Below, piece by piece: positions 24,875 to 38,698 of a DNA stretch of 64,000 nucleotides. The notes beneath the pieces are model-generated. The model was not told the DNA's origin. It made no database searches and worked only from the letters and a program-made list of their open reading frames with translations. The DNA comes from Bugula neritina (taxonomy: Eukaryota; Animalia; Bryozoa), in the NCBI GenBank assembly GCA_964035545.1, contig OZ037765.1, forward strand, positions 16,864,995 to 16,928,994, read 5' to 3'. The number at the start of each line of letters is the position of its first letter. Positions within the stretch are counted from its first letter, which is position 1. The translations under genes and the position numbers were made by a program.

Positions 24875-27800
24875 ACTCTTAGTACTTGGAGTTCTACACA
24901 GATGTTACAGATCAATTACAAATCTTTTTAATGGCCATACAACTGCATAGTATTATTGTAACTTTATTATACACATACAAATGTTTAGGGTTTTTGTTCA
25001 AACGCTAAATATACATGTACAATGTATATAGTAAATCATGTTCATTTAAGTTATAACTTTCTAGCTAGAAAATGAAATGAAGGAAAAAGAAGGATGAATG
25101 AACACAAAGAAGCATTTCTGCAAGCTGCTGAGAGCTGTGATGCCACCAGGTAGCTGCTGCAGCAGAATTATTTCTGAATAACTAGAAATTGGTGTCTTTT
25201 GATGTGGCTGGACACTTAAATAAATTTTTTTATCAATTTTCATTCTTTTAATTCTTAAAATTCTAGCTAATCTTTCAGATTTCAGAGACAATTTTAAATT
25301 CCTTTTTGGCGCATTTCACTTTACATAACATTAAAGATCAAATGTACACATATTGGTTGTATTGTCTGTATTCAGAAGCGAAAACATTATATGATAAAAA
25401 AAAAACAAGAAGCCTTAATTTGCTTATTATAGGTGATTTTAATCATTTCCTTTGTTTTCAATTAATATTGGCTGCTCTTTTTGCTTTCCTATTTTCAGTG
25501 CATTCCACAACATTGTGACAAACAGCAAACTTGGTTAAGGTGTATTTTAACAAAATTTGTTGTGATAAAGTTGGCATGAGTAGAACATAATCGAAACCTG
25601 TTGATATATAAGTTGGCAGCATCATGCAGTGCATTCAAAAGTGATTATTTGTAGAGAAACATAATTAAAAAGATTTGTATAAACTCAGTATATGAGCAAT
25701 ATCTCAAGATGGCAGCTGTGAAGGTGCTATGGGTTATTTACGCCAGACGCTAAAAACAGAAAATATATTACAAAAGTGAAAATACGTGTTAAACTGACCC
25801 ATTTGATAAACTATGCTGATCTATAGACCCATAGAGTATTTGATTTGCAGCAACTCTTGCCTGGTTGTCTCTAGCGGACATTTTAGAACACTGCAACAAT
25901 GTATTTGTATTCTGTGTAAGTACCAAGTATAGGCCTACACAGTTCCAAAACTGGTATGTATAAAATTAGCAGAGAGCATTTTTCAAGTTACAAGAATTGA
26001 TGGCCATCTATTGTATACACCCAAAATCATGCCAAAAGGTTCTGTCCTTATTTGTCATACTTAGAAACATGTGAAATAAAAAGTCAGCAAATAAAAACAT
26101 ACAATAAAAATTTTGAATGGCTATTAAAGATTACTTCAGAGTAAATGGTTGAATCAGTCGGACAAAGTCAAGAAGCTAATTCACCGAGTCTTCATCACAG
26201 CTATCGATCAAAGTCTTGCCGTGGCTGAAAAATAGGACACATCAGAGATAAGAATGAACACAATAGATACAATGTCTCATAAATGGCAGCACTGAGCCTT
26301 ATCAAAACCTAACGGTACAAGGAAAATTTAGTCAACTTATTAGCAGCAACTCACTCACAAAATTAAAAACATTATTTCCTAAAAATAATGATTTACTGCA
26401 GCAGTAGCCTGTAGTAATATAGTATTATACTACTGTCATGTTGAAAACATTTCAGCTCAATGTTTATCTTATCACATGAATACAGATAAAAGTAGAATGT
26501 AGCAACAAGATATAAGCCAAGTGGTGCACATCCTACATAAATTTAGTAGCTAAGATAAGTGGCAAAATAACCAACAGTAATAACAAATTCCTACAAATAT
26601 TGCTTTGACTTATTTTTACCCAAGAAAGAGTAATTTAAATTATTGTAGCAGAACTAAACTCTTACATATAACGAAGTTTAACTAAAACGATATAAACAAA
26701 CTAATGTAAAAAATCCTGTGATACTGAATTTAGCATCACACAAAAATACCCCATTGTGGCCTACTTTGTTTATAAAAAGACACTGTGTAATTTTTTTAAA
26801 AATATTTTTGAGGCAAAAACATTACCTCCGTATAGGAAATGTGAAAATAGTTTGATCTTAGGATGCCAATTCATTGATTATTCAACCTGTGTTCAGTGTT
26901 GTTAACAAAATACATTTTTAAGCAAGGCAAGTTATGTTTTATTATCAACTTTTCATTGTGTTTACAAGTTTTAAAAATCTACAAATTCAGCAATGTGATT
27001 ATAGTGTGACTTTGTGTTGATGCTTTTTTTAAAAATAATACAAAGAAGAGATGAATTTTAGACAACAAAAATTGATTGACTAATACTGATGAAATTTATA
27101 GAGTTCTCAATTTTCATTGCAAACTTTTATAAACAAGTATTGTAATTCTAACCCTTTAGTGCAAAGAATTCTCAAAAAACAAAACTTATCCAACTTACGC
27201 CATTGATTTCTAAAAATTTACTGTATATTTTACTAATTAAAAACAGTAAAAAATGAAAAGATTCTAATTTACTATGTTTAGTCAAGTCAGTACTAAAATA
27301 TGATAACTAGAAATACCTCGAATTAGGACATTTATTAGTGATTTTAGTTTAAAGTACAACATAGGTTTCCTTTGATAATAAAGAGGCTTAGGTGGCTACT
27401 TTTTACTACATTTAAAATCTATAAAAAAACCTAAAATACAAGTTAATTCGATGCAAAATATATTAGTTGGCATATACACAGAGATGACAGCTAAACCAAT
27501 GCAAGTTGTTTCAACATTCATGCATTTCTCATTAGAATATACTGAAAAAGGCTCAAGTGATCCACCTTGGAACTTTCCAGTAGTAAATATTTAAACTGGT
27601 AGAAATATGTAACACATAATTTTGATGCCAGCTGCTTAGTTGATTATATAGGCTTCCAGTATCTTTTGAATTAGTTACCCTTACGAACTAACTGGCAGAT
27701 GTGACTATTTACTGTGACCGGAGTGGTTCTATTTATTAGAGCTACTGTGACACATGTAGTTTTTAGTGAAACTATGTTTCCTTTTACTTGGCCATGATGA

Positions 27801-28119
27801 TGTTGAAGTACTAGAAGGAAGCCTTCTCAACTCTTGTTACAACCATGTCCTAGCAGTGATAATGATTGGCTCACCGTGACATATATTAATATTATTGGGA
27901 ATACTAATAATTACAGTCATACACACAACAAAAAAGTACAATTTGCATTAGTATTACATTAACGAAGATGTATAAGTTATAACTACAAGTTTAAGACAAA
28001 GTAAGTGTATACGCATAACGTTACCCACAAGGTAAGTTATTAGATTGGTAATAAATTGTAAGGCTAATTTATTCTTACTATGGTATTATAGCTAAACTAT
28101 TTGGCATTAGTAATGTGTC

Positions 28120-29060
28120 CATTGGGTACAAGCTAGCAACATCACAGCTGGCCCTAAGCCCGAGTAAACACAAAAGGTTAGTGACATAAAGGTCATTCAG
28201 CCATAAAAACTCTGCTACAATTATAGAAACTTTGCAAGTTTCAGCCAATCTGAAAAAAAGGAAAGACCCGAAAGATCAGTGATGGGTGTATATTTTACTG
28301 CTGTGAATGAAAAAACCCTAAGAACGGATTACGGATCTGTCTTAGCAGCTATTGACAGGATAGAGTGATAGACGGAGTGCATCAGGCCAATAAAGAACAT
28401 GTATGATGACTGCTCATCAGTGAATACATGTATGAAAACTACAGAACAAAATCGAATCAATGTTGGTCTACATCAAGGCTTAACTTGTATTCCATTTCAT
28501 TTTATAGTAATGCTGGATGTCATCACAGAATGATAAATGAGGATTGTCATGGGACATACTAGTTGCGGGCGATTTAGGATTTACCTTGTGCGATAGAGAG
28601 GCAAATGGAGTAAGAAATAGGTTATAAGAATGGAGAAAGCAATTAAAAAATGCCGAATTGAAAATAGGCAAAACTAAAAATGAATACATGCATCCAGTGG
28701 AAGCAGCTAACAAAGTGAAAATGAAAAACTATAATCACAATGACTACATCGAACTGCTTGAGACTAATGCTTTTAAATACCTTAGAAATATAATTGATCT
28801 GAATGGTGGGCATGGCGCCAAAGTAGCTAAAAGGATTGAAGTGGTTTGAGGCATGTGGAGGGAGTTTTCAGGACAGCTGTATGATAAGAAGGTAGTTATT
28901 TATGTCTTTCTGTATAAAACAACTATTAAACCTACCCATTAAACCTGTATTGGTAATGAAACTCAGTCAGTCACTCATAAAATAGAAGACAGGATGAACC
29001 CAACGGAGAAGAGGACGACATCGACAGAGATGGAAAGATAGTATAACATCTGATATAAAA
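28120..29060 (+). mobile_element. Decayed RTE-clade non-LTR retrotransposon fragment (reverse transcriptase)
   Basis: Broken-frame translation IKNMYDD...NVGLHQG...FIVMLDVIT...WDILVAGDL...WRKQL...LKIGKTKNEYM...FKYL, resembling the RTE RT pattern VGLHQGS.LSP.LF / PW.MLFADD / KTEYM; many stops and frameshifts. Confidence 0.75.
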
Positions 29061-29364
29061 CTCTGAGTCTTAAACAAGAGGATGTCTACAGCCGAGGTCG
29101 GAAGGCATTCATTAATTGAGCTTGGAGTTAGCACAACAGCTACTCGTGCAAAACTAGAGCCACTTAAGTGACAAAAAGTGAAAAAATACTATTACTAATA
29201 GTAATACTAATGCATAATATCATTAGTATTGCTATAAGTAATAAGTATCCTTATAATCAAAGTTGGCAATATATTTGCTTTAGACTTAGCAATAGACAGT
29301 AGACATAGTATTCTTAATATATTAATAGAACAAAAGTAGAATTAAACGTATTAATCTCCTTATA

Positions 29365-29620
29365 AAGATTCTGGCAAAAAATACCAACATCCGTCTCTCA
29401 GATCTGCCTATGATGACCTGCTGAACAAACCAACAAACAGCACAATACAGACTTGCTCCCAAACGAGGGGACAGCTCCAATCAGTTGGTTCGAACAGTAC
29501 CAAGTACCTAAACAGCTTTCTCCCAAAGACTATCAGAGATTTGAAAATTTTTCACAACCAAGGCAATAATTCCGAGATCTCCACATAGACAGAATTAAGT
29601 TCCTGTTCAGTCAATACAGC
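29365..29620 (+). mobile_element. 3' remnant of a CR1/L2-like LINE
   Basis: Reads ...YLNSFLPKTIRDL, similar to the SFFPRTIR.WN motif typical of CR1-group ORF2 C-termini. Confidence 0.45.
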
Positions 29621-29739
29621 TCAACCAGTACTTACTGTATGACTATTGGCCAATGATTGTCCAACACATTACATTACTCATATGCGGCACACCCCTTCCT
29701 CCCTCTAGGACAGTCCAGTGTGATGATTACTTTGAGTAA

Positions 29740-31470
29740 AATCAAGTAAATTAATTATTAAATATCGTTGACTGTTAAATTTTATGTTAGTTGGTAAGTG
29801 TAACACTAACTGTAAGTCATAAATGACAGTGTAAATTAAACTTGAAGCTAGAAAGTGAGACTTGGAGTGTTTTACAATTGTTTTGTAACTGTTAGTGTTA
29901 TACTTAATCTTATAGTTAATGCTAATTGTTCTTATCATTAGAGTTTAGACTTCTTCTAAGTAAATTAATATTATCATCATTATCACTATACTAATACTTA
30001 GTCTTATAGCTAATAGCTAATGCTATAGTTGCACTTAAATTAGTTAATGTTACACATATACTTACAAACTTAGCCTTAAGGTAAAAGTTAATCTAAAAGT
30101 AAATCTTATATTTAGAGTTATACTTATAGTAATACTAATAGTAATAGTAATAGCAATAGTAATACTAATTCTAATAGTAAATTAGCTCAACTCTAAGTCT
30201 AACTCTAACTTATAGTAATACGAATAGTAATAGTAAGTGTAATACTATTACTTATAGTTATGCTAATATTATTAGTAATACTAATTAAAATTGTAAAATT
30301 AAATGTCTAAATCAGAGTAAATCACTGAGAGAAAAAGTAAATTTAGTAAAAGTAAATGTCATTAAATGTTTAATGTGAAACCCAAAGTGAATGTCCATCA
30401 CAATTGTGATTGTCCAATACTAATACTAATAGTAATAGTCATGGTGATGGTGATAGTCTAAAAGTAAGCTAAAAGAACATAAAATTAAATACCAACTCCA
30501 AGTCCAAACTCCAATCACCAACTCCAAGTCCAATGTCAATGTGAAACTGAAAATCAAATTCAATATCAATATGATAATCATAATCATAATACAAATAGTA
30601 ATAATTGGGCACCAAATTAAAATACTGAGTTACTCAATAACTGATATTTAGTTTCTTATGATAATTTCAACAAGAATATCAATATGAATATTATTACTTG
30701 AAAAGTTATAGTTATAGACAACAATATGAATATCATGCGCATTATTTTGCTATACCATCGCAATGCAACTCTTTGGTTAGAGAAACAATAAAATCTGTAC
30801 TGGGGTCAAGAACAAAATACGATTCCCGCAAACCATAGCAACCACATCAGCTCGCCCAAGATTCGGCCTACCCAAGAATTCCCGTTTGCACTACTCCACC
30901 CCCACACCTAACTCTTTTTATTGATACCATTTCTTAAGAAATCAGCCATAAACCTTTAAATTTAAACTTGTTCAATTAATGTTATGTTCTAATGCTAATC
31001 AGTTATGAGTAATCACCAAGAGTAAGGGTTAGTAAGAGTATCGGTATGTCTAATCAGTGATTAGATTTAGTCTACATTCAGTGATCAGATTTACATGTAA
31101 CTCACCTCGTAACTCACCTCGTAAAAATTAGAACACTCTGCTGACACCTACAGGCGCAAAATTATGGGTGCCTCTTATGTTGTTTTTGTTTGGGTTTATC
31201 ATGTGTTGAAATGTATCTATTCTAGCATGTAGTCTAATGTAAAAATAAAATTCACTATCAATACCATACTCATACTGATACTGTTGTAGTAATATTCATA
31301 TTGATGTTTATATTGATATTCATTTTAATATATTTTATTTATTTTGTAATTCACTAGCTGCTTTTCAGTTTCATATTTATAATAAATATTAACATTTACT
31401 TTTAGCCTTTACTTTTAGGCTATATGTTTATTAATATAATTTATTAATTATCGATATGAATATTTATGTT
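29740..31470. repeat. Degenerate period-6 low-complexity arrays flanking a more complex core
   Basis: Runs such as AATAGT/AATACT/AATATC/AACTCT at 29740-30730 and T-rich counterparts at 31240-31470. Confidence 0.65.
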
Positions 31471-31709
31471 GAGGCTGATACGTAATCGCAATATGTGAAT
31501 GAGAACAGTAGTATGCTCTTCATCATGGCTCATAGTCATGTTGATATGTGGCAAATACTTAAGTCAATTAGAATTAATTTGCAGGCTTTTTAAACAAGTT
31601 AATAAATATAATCATTTTTATAATCATTATTATAGCATATATTTGTAAACCTTTAAAATAAACTTATATACGGATTCAGTGGTTGGATAAAAGTGTAAAT
31701 TTTTAGGCC

Positions 31710-32565
31710 CTAAAGCATTGACCACCTCGTAACCATTCTGGACTTGTAACAGCACTGCTCCCAAATTGTGATCACTAGGATGTACTCCTTGCTGGACCAG
31801 AATGTATTCCTCGCTGAACTAGGATAAGCCAAGATGGGTGCCCCTACCAGGCGGTCCTTGAGGTAGTCGAATGCCAGTTGCTCCTCCTGTGTCCGCTGCA
31901 ATTTAACCCCCGTTGCGGTGAGCCAATTCAACGGCTGTGCCACTCATGTGAAGCCTGGTATGTACTACTGATAGCACCCTACCAGTCCCAGGAAGGCCAG
32001 CAGCTAATGGAGGTCTCGTAGAACAGTCCAGTTTCTTCTAGCCTGTGCCTTTTTGGGGTCGGTGGCTACTGAGTACGTGTCTCAGGTACTTCACTTCAGG
32101 CTGCAAGAGAGCACACTCGGGGGGCTTCAGTTTGAGGCTGGTGGTCTGGAGTCGATTGAAGACCTCCCGCAGACGACTGACATAACTCTGGGGAGATCAT
32201 GATGACATCATCCAGATAGATGAGCAGTGTCTTCCAGTGTAGCCCACTGAGGACCTGCTGCATGAGTTGTTGGAAATTAGCTGTGGTGAAGGTCAGCCCG
32301 AATGGCTATACTTTCCACTTCCAGAGCCTGTCTCGCGTGATAAGCGCTGCTTTGTCCTGAGCACCAGGACTAAGGGGCACTTGCCAGTACCCGCTTAGCA
32401 GGTCCAATGTGCTGAAGAACTTGCTTTGAGCGAGGGCATCTAGTGACCCGTCTATCCGGGAAAGAGAGTAAAAGTCTTGGATGGTAATGCTGTTCAGTTT
32501 GCAGTAGTCCAAACAAAACCTCTAGCTCTTACCCTTCTCCCTAATCTGGACAACTAGGCATGACT
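31710..32565 (-). mobile_element. Decayed Ty3/Gypsy LTR retrotransposon pol fragment (RT and start of RNase H)
   Basis: GC-rich island encoding DYCKLNSIT...FFSTLDLLSGYWQVPL...*PFGL...FQQLMQQVLSGLHWKTLLIYLDDVI...AQPLNWLT...AFDYLKDRLVGAPILAYP, with stops and frameshifts; no LTRs seen. Confidence 0.92.
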
Positions 32566-33290
32566 CCTTACAGAATGATAAAAATGAATACAATTACAAC
32601 AGGGTATATAATTGTGAGAAAGTAGCGTAGTCGTTTAATTCTCCAGTCCAGCTCACTCATCTGAGGCATTTCACCCTCCTCCCCCGTTATATATGTGGAT
32701 GGAATGAGCTGATGACGCGGGCAGCCGAATTAGCCGAATCGGGTTTCCGTTCGGGGGGGGGGGGGGAGGGGGAGAAGCGATCATGCCATACATACTACAT
32801 AATATATTATGCACTAGATACTAGAGGAGAAGGAAAAATAGAAACATGCCCAGGCAGGGCACATGATACCACGAGCTGCCCACTGCCTACAAGCATGACA
32901 CAGTACAATGCGCATGGCTTACAGCCAAAATTTACCAAAATATGTTGCAATATATATGTACTATCTAATGCTCGATTGGCTTGTAACTATCTTTTACTTT
33001 AGCTCTCATACGTGTCTCAGCAATTACTTACTTCTTTTATCTACATTTCACCTTCTAATGATCATGTATTTTTTACAATGATGTTTTTTGTTTGTAAACT
33101 GGGAACTATTTTTTAAGATGAGGCAGCCTCAGTTCCACATACTCTTCTAGAAGTTGTCCTTTGTAATTTACCATTACACTTCTTCTAATGCATTATATAT
33201 TATACACTGTCTTGTCAATTAAAATTTATAATCTGACATATGTTATTGTCTAATTCATCTTCTAAAAACAGTTGGCATAAATTGTAGATT

Positions 33291-36200
33291 ATGGATGGTC
33301 TAAAAACATCTTATTCAAAGTCAAAAGATTTGGCTTTAAAGAATTTGCCTGTGACAAATAGGAAAGTATTGTCTGCATCAAGTAGAAGCAAAATACAACC
33401 TATCAATAGAACCAAATTAAAATCGGATAGGAAATCAGCGCAGCTGTAAGTGATCAGTAATTTTACATAGACAGAACCTGTCCTTTCATTAGTCTATATA
33501 ACTCACGCAAGTTTATAGTCACGATCCCTGTGAGAAATTCCTGATGGGAAGGTTTGTTGTTAAATCAGGCTAACGACTTATTCAGATGGGGCGCAGAAGC
33601 AAATAAGACTAGACGCTCTTTGTAACATCACCAATAGCTTTTGTTAAGCCCCCCTCCCCCCCCCCCCCCCGAACTCTTGACTTTGTGCTTACTAGGCAAA
33701 CACTCTAACCCTAGAGGTTGCTCCCTTCATTCATCATATAACTAAGAAGTATTTTATTTTCTTTCATATTGCTTAAAATAATAATGCTAGATTTACAATA
33801 TAGAGCCAAGACAAAGATAAATGCAACAGAAGAAATTGGTGATGAAAATGAAATTAAGTTTATAAACATAGAATCGACTGTACGAAGAGAAGTATCTTCT
33901 GCCAGCAGGTCGACAAAACTAATAAAAGCAGATGAAATTGTAAGTTGAAAACAATGTCTTTAATTTTTTTCTGGTGCAGTGAATGTGAAGTTATTAAAAA
34001 AGATGTTTGGATTGACAACTTTCCTAAGATTTTCTCATAACCGTTAGGTGTTTGTTCCAGAGATAAAGCATAAGTTTAAATAGCACAATCACATTTAAAA
34101 TAATTAACTACTTGTTTAATGATGCTGAAAAATGGTTGTACAGAACATTTCAGAAAAGTCATTATGAAAGTTCACCTTCCCCATCAACTATTGTTTAGCT
34201 TAGTCGTAAATTGAAAGTCTTTATTTTCTTCAAGTGTTTTGTTATATTAAAAATACTTTTGTGTACATTTTCATATAACATTTTTAATATAACAAAACAC
34301 AGTTTCATATGCAGTATCATAATTTTCTTGAAAATGAGAGCAAATTCAAATATTTGTTTAAAAATATATGTGAATGAAAAATAGAAAAAACCATCATTTT
34401 GTGTTTATATGCATGCAAGTTTAACATATATTTTAAACTATTTCATTATCGTCTTTCTTTCAATGACAAAACTATGTTGTTTTGTGAACTTTAAATCTAG
34501 AATTTAACACGTGTTGGTCTGAAAAGCTGATATTCTTTAGATATTAATTTATTTTACTCTACATTTCCTTTAACTGTAGAATTTGTGTTTAAAAATATTT
34601 TGCAGCTTGAAAGATGCCAAGAAACTGATTACAGAAATGTGTATAACATTGACTTGAGAGGCAGTGGATTATTAGAAGTACCAAATCTGGAAAAGGTATG
34701 CAAGTGTACAAGTAAATGATATGTTCTAATACAAAATGAAAAATTGCTGGCCTTATTATGTATGGAGTTGCATATCAGTTTACGCAATCTACATATGTAA
34801 TTAGTTCAAAATGTTTTTATATATTTCTAATCGAGTTAACTGCAAATTTGAAGCTTTCTACTGTTTCATATAAGGATCATGGGTATTTTATACATTCGTT
34901 TCGTTTTTAATTTTTTTTCCTTTTCATATATCATATATATAACTTAGGTGTAAGATTTTTGTTGTAATTTTTAAACAACTGCACCAAAACATATTTTATG
35001 TCTTTGCCATTATTTAAAATAACTTTTTCAGTTTTCAAAAGTTAGAGTGATAGACTTATCATCAAACTATATACAAGTGATATCGAGGCTCGAATGCTGT
35101 GGGGTTAGTGTGTTTTTACTCATTTGCACTGTAATTTCTATATATAAATCAACAATGCCTTAAATAACTTTCTGGCTTTAAAATACATTTACGTTAATAT
35201 GTTACATGATTTATTCATTTTATGCATTTTGTTGATGTTTATATTAAAACAAAGTGTTAAAGTATATTTAACTTTTTCAATCTAAAATTTTCTGAATTTA
35301 TGTCTAATCTTATAACTTACTCATGCATATACATTAATTGCTTAAATATTTAAAACGAATTTTTTATTTTAATTTTTCAACAATATTTTTAGGAGTTGCG
35401 AGAGTTGAAACTTTATGACAACAAGCTGATTGCTATAGAAAAGCTAGATGCTCTGTCAGATCTTAGCAATTTGCAGCTTCAACACAACAAGATTAGCTCA
35501 ATAGATAGAGGTCTTGTGTCTTGTCGCAAACTCCTTTCTCTACGACTCGACTGCAATAATCTCCTTAGACTGGAGAGCCGTGAGCTAGCTGCCATGTCAA
35601 AACTCACCACTCTGGATCTCAGTAATAATAAGCTTGATAACATCAATGTAAGATGAAGCTCTCTTGTATCACTGCCCACAAATTTTGCTAGTAAATTTAT
35701 AAGGAGTAATTGTTGAAATCTGACTAAAATTTTACACTATGGATCCATCAGCTCGTTACTGTTTTTGCCACTTTCCCAGAAATAAAAAGTAAAGTTCTAA
35801 AAGCCATTATTATGTGTGACGTAGTTGTTTTTAGTATGTAATTTCACTGCTGTATGGTGGTTTATATGTTGATGGTGATTTATCTTAACAGGCTGTTAAC
35901 ACTCTGCCTAACTTAGAAGACTTATCTGTGTGTAATAATAGACTGAGGACTATAGAGTTAAGTCGCTGTAAAAAGGTAATTGAGTTTCATTTTTTTCATA
36001 AATTACTTGTCAGCCTAAACTTTAAAATGATAACACTACGTGCGTTTGAAATTTACTTATCCTAGGATGCATTAGTCGCATTAGGAATTATTTTTGACTT
36101 TCATTGACATTTTTTATCATGTTGCTAGCATAGCTTGAAGCAACTCAACAATTTTATATTTTTAATTTTAATTTAAAGTAATGACACAGAAGTGTTACTG

Positions 36201-38698
36201 GTATCCACCCAAATCATAACTAGTCCAAGTGAAAATAAATTGCAGAGTTATCATCTCTCAAACTTGTTTTTATGAAACTAATAATTCAATGCACTATCGA
36301 TTTGCTGGTTGAATGGGTTAAAATTATGTTTAAATTAAAACATAAAATTAAATAAAACTGATCATCGCTAACTTGTATTTATGATTCTAATAGATGTATA
36401 TTTATATAAAAACTTTTGTACAATATAGCTGAAAGAGTTGGATGTCTCTGGTAACAGACTTACTGATCTCAACTGTCTGTGTGCTAATGCTGCAAGTTTG
36501 ACTACAGTGAACTTATCTAGAAACGCTATCAGCAAGCTAGAATTAGCTACTCCATTACAGTAAGTGCAAGCATTTTGCCTTGAAACATGTCACACCAAGA
36601 AACTTTCATAAATACCACGACCTTTTTCATCATGGATTATATGGCTTCCAAGAAGTTTTAATATTATCCTGATTGCATATCAGCTTATTAGACTTTTCAA
36701 TTCCTGACCCTCATCAATTTCGATTAAAGCAACAAAGCCAACATATGAATTAATTTGTACTTGCTCTCAATTGTCTTGGCCTTCAATAATAATTTAATCT
36801 AAATGAAGTTAATTTTAATACTTTTAGTAATCTCGAAGAACTGTACATATCTCACAACACCATAAAAAGACTGAGTCATGTTCCAACAAAGTTACCAGTC
36901 ATACAAGTTTTAGATCTTAGCGACAACCATATTCGAAATGATAAAGAGTTGGTAAGTTATAAACTACTAGCTAATCTTAACAAATTTCCTAACTACTTGA
37001 ACTGATTATTTACATGAAATTTTCTAAATTGATCATAATATTGTGTATATTATAGTGTATATTATAGAAAATTTTGACTATTGCAGTATATAAAATTATT
37101 TTTACGAGTGGTTGTTCAGCTTTTCTAACAGTCAGGTAAAAAGTTGCAGTTATAATACTTTTTTTACCGACAGTTAGCTCTACAACATTGTGATTTTCTG
37201 AGAGAATTGGATTTGACAAACAACCCCTTTGAACTAGATGATCTTGGCCAGATATCAACCAACCCATCTGAAATAGTTCCTTCTCTGCAAATTCTTGATG
37301 GGGTAACATTTTTTTTCAAAATAATTAAATAAATGTTCTAGCTTTAATTTAAAAGAATAAACTTTCAAATTGTAACTCATGAAAGCATTTTTGTTACTTT
37401 GTTCAGGTAGGCTGAAGCTGAAATTTTATGATGTATTTGGCAATAACACACTATGCTTTGTAGATGGTCATAAAAAAGCAAACGACTGCTAGCAAAATTC
37501 CACTAATGAGACCTATGTCAGCTTCTCACGGTTAGTAAGCTGTTGCTGTCACTTTTTCTAGTTTGTTTTTATATATTCAATTATCTCATTTGCTTACTTT
37601 GAATTTGTTATAATTTTAACATTATTATGTTTCTAGAAAATAATAAACATTGCATCAATTTTTCTTTTAATTTTGAAACTTTTTTCATAAATGTTTAAGA
37701 ATGATAGATGATTGAGGGAATAACTAATTTAAATTCATTTTGTCATGGTGTTTTCTACTGCATAACTTTATAGCCATTTTAGACTGTATTTATGACAAAA
37801 CTTTGCAGTACTAGTAAATTAAGTTGATAAATAAGTTGCATATCTTGAATCAATTACGTTTTTCTTTTAATTGAAAAATAACAATCTCTAAATTACAGAG
37901 TAATCGGAAGTATGGAGGACCAGACCATACTGTAGAAAATCTACCCTCTATTTAATCTCATGTATTTGCAATAAATTATTTAACCATTGTTTTTATATTC
38001 TCGCACTACAAGCATGCACAAGCCAATAGGCAGAAAATCTTTACATTCTTGTCATCATGCATATACGTATTATATATTATGGCAAGAACCATAATGTCAT
38101 ACATCAAACATAGTTTTGAAAACTGAAACACATACTGTTTTGTTTTATTGTTAAACCCTGATAAATACTCTTTAAAAAAAATTTTTCTCTGGTTATTCCT
38201 TAAAATGCTGTCTCCATTTTTAGGGGTAGGGACAGTGAACTTCTGCAAATGCATGTATTCATACCCAATTGGGCAAAATTTAACAGCTATGTTGTCTGTA
38301 CAAGTTATATTGACCTGTAACCTGCAATGCAGTTATTTTCCCAATCCATGTTTCAGAGCGAATGGATATTTCTAGTTATTCTAGCCAAGGGAGTTGTCTA
38401 GATAGTTGTTATTGAATTGATTGTTCTCATCAATACTTTGTTGCAAGCATTTATTTATGTTTTAGTGATAAGCTCTCGACAAGTTCAGTCACATCTAGAT
38501 AGTCTTGATGCTGAAATGAAAACTTTACAAACTAACATGGAAGAAATGTTTAGGAAGTTTCGGACAAACATCGATCAGTTGCCCAGCCGCCCTTCCTCAA
38601 GAGCCAAAGATAGTGACAGGCCTCCTACGAGAGGAAGTCGGAGGTCAAGGATTTTAGAAGCAAAAGCTTTTGCTACTCATCGCTATGCAGAGAAATGA
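33291..38698 (+). CDS. SDS22/PPP1R7-like leucine-rich repeat protein with LRR cap and C-terminal coiled-coil segment
   Basis: Exons 33291-33445, 33804-33939, 34606-34695, 35032-35103, 35393-35647, 35892-35975, 36429-36559, 36828-36951, 37174-37302, 37464-37530, 38466-38698 are all phase-consistent. About 11-12 LxxLxLxxNxI/L repeats (LRELKLYDNKL, LTTLDLSNNKL, LKELDVSGNRL), cap NNPF...PSLQILDG, heptad-like HLDSLDAEMKTLQTNMEEMF. Confidence 0.85.
33560..33720 (-). mobile_element. Probable tRNA-derived SINE remnant in LRR gene intron
   Basis: Minus strand reads CTAGGGTTAGAGTGTTTGCCTAGTAAGCACAAAGTCAAGAGTTCG, an A-box/B-box-like tRNA head. Confidence 0.4.

Noticed and set aside
26136-26224. Exon-like segment with good splice sites upstream of STARD3
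   Set aside because: Stops in all three frames; at most a 5'-UTR exon, so not called as CDS.
31710-32565. Gypsy RT as an active or domesticated gene
   Set aside because: Multiple stops and frameshifts; no gag, integrase or LTRs.
33668-33720. tRNA gene
   Set aside because: Only degenerate A/B-box similarity and no complete cloverleaf; treated as a SINE remnant.
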